This document shows positions 63,382 through 64,000 of a DNA stretch of 64,000 bases, piece by piece. Made by a program: the position numbers and the translations under genes. Source of the DNA: Anolis carolinensis (Eukaryota); assembly GCF_035594765.1 (NCBI RefSeq), contig NC_085844.1, positions 33,247,923 to 33,311,922 of the forward strand, given 5' to 3'. The notes under the pieces are model-generated. The model did not search any database, had not been told where the DNA came from, and worked only from the letters and a program-made list of their open reading frames with translations. The stretch's first letter is position 1. The number at the start of each line of letters is the position of its first letter.

Positions 63382-63872
63382 TTTTTTACTATTTATTTAT
63401 TTATTTATTTCCCATACTTCTGTCCCGCCCTTCTCACCCGAAGAGGACTCAGGGTGGCCTCACAACTGGCAACAATTCGATGGCCGACATACAAATTCCA
63501 ATAATATAATGACAATTAAACTCAAACATTAAAACAAAAACTACTAAAAACAACAATTACAACCACATAAGTTCAAAATCATAGTCCAGAATCAGTCCAG
63601 TGGTCAATACTTAAAAAGTCCTCAATTATTGCACTGCTAGGAATAATGCTCAATAACCATAACCATGTCTAGCAAGGCTATTCTATGCTAATCAAGGTGA
63701 TCAACTGCAGTTATTCACACTTGGCCTTCATATTATCCAACATTTTTGCTTATCCAATGCTCTGCTGGCCCGTTCATGTGGTTTGGTGTGTGTGTGTGTG
63801 GGGGGGGGGGGGGACCAAAATTTCTATTCGCTTTCACTTGAAAATTATCTTGGGCTGGCTCTGCTTATATGC

Positions 63873-64000
63873 TAGGCATGGGCAAACTTTGGCCTTCTGG
63901 GTGTTTTGGACTTCAACTCCCACAATTCCTAACAGCCTACCAGCTGTTAGGAAATGTAGGAGTTGAAGTCCAAAACACCTGGAGGGCCCAAGTTTGCCCA
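63873..64000. mobile_element. Palindromic hAT MITE (runs off the window end)
   Basis: ggcatgggcaaactt..gtgttttggacttcaactcc / ggagttgaagtccaaaacac..aagtttgccca. Confidence 0.85.

Larger units (their letters stand above)
61853..63863. mobile_element. Composite non-autonomous hAT element
   Basis: TIR cagggccggtccaa / ttgggctggctctg (11/14 match); perfect 8-bp TSD cttatatg (61845-61852, 63864-63871). Confidence 0.85.

Overview
This is repeat-rich vertebrate genomic DNA. Sauria SINEs, 5S-headed SINEs, Penelope, CR1/L2/RTE LINEs and hAT/Tc1-mariner/Harbinger/Helitron MITEs point to a squamate lizard, probably Anolis (inference). I find no confidently identifiable host protein-coding exon, so the window reads as intron or intergenic sequence, and almost all ORFs in the track are spurious or TE-derived. 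Five items stand out. (1) Two divergent solo LTRs (46970-47835, 55050-56071) have U3 regions carrying a similarly phased reading frame with a PVP motif, an acidic stretch and an HMGN-like RRSxR-I/L-xAK motif. (2) A Ngaro/DIRS-type remnant (~4590-6675) keeps only the tyrosine-recombinase C-terminus and an SGNH hydrolase that is preceded by splice signals. (3) A very young Penelope insertion (10417-11771) forms a 548-bp inverted repeat with two outward-facing minimal hammerhead ribozymes, a 34-nt tail and a 12-bp TSD. (4) A 2-kb composite hAT element (61853-63863, 8-bp TSD) carries fragments of at least five other TE families. (5) A non-autonomous Helitron (24891-26444) carries a ~139-bp tandem array. 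Family names come from motif recognition and recall, not database searches.
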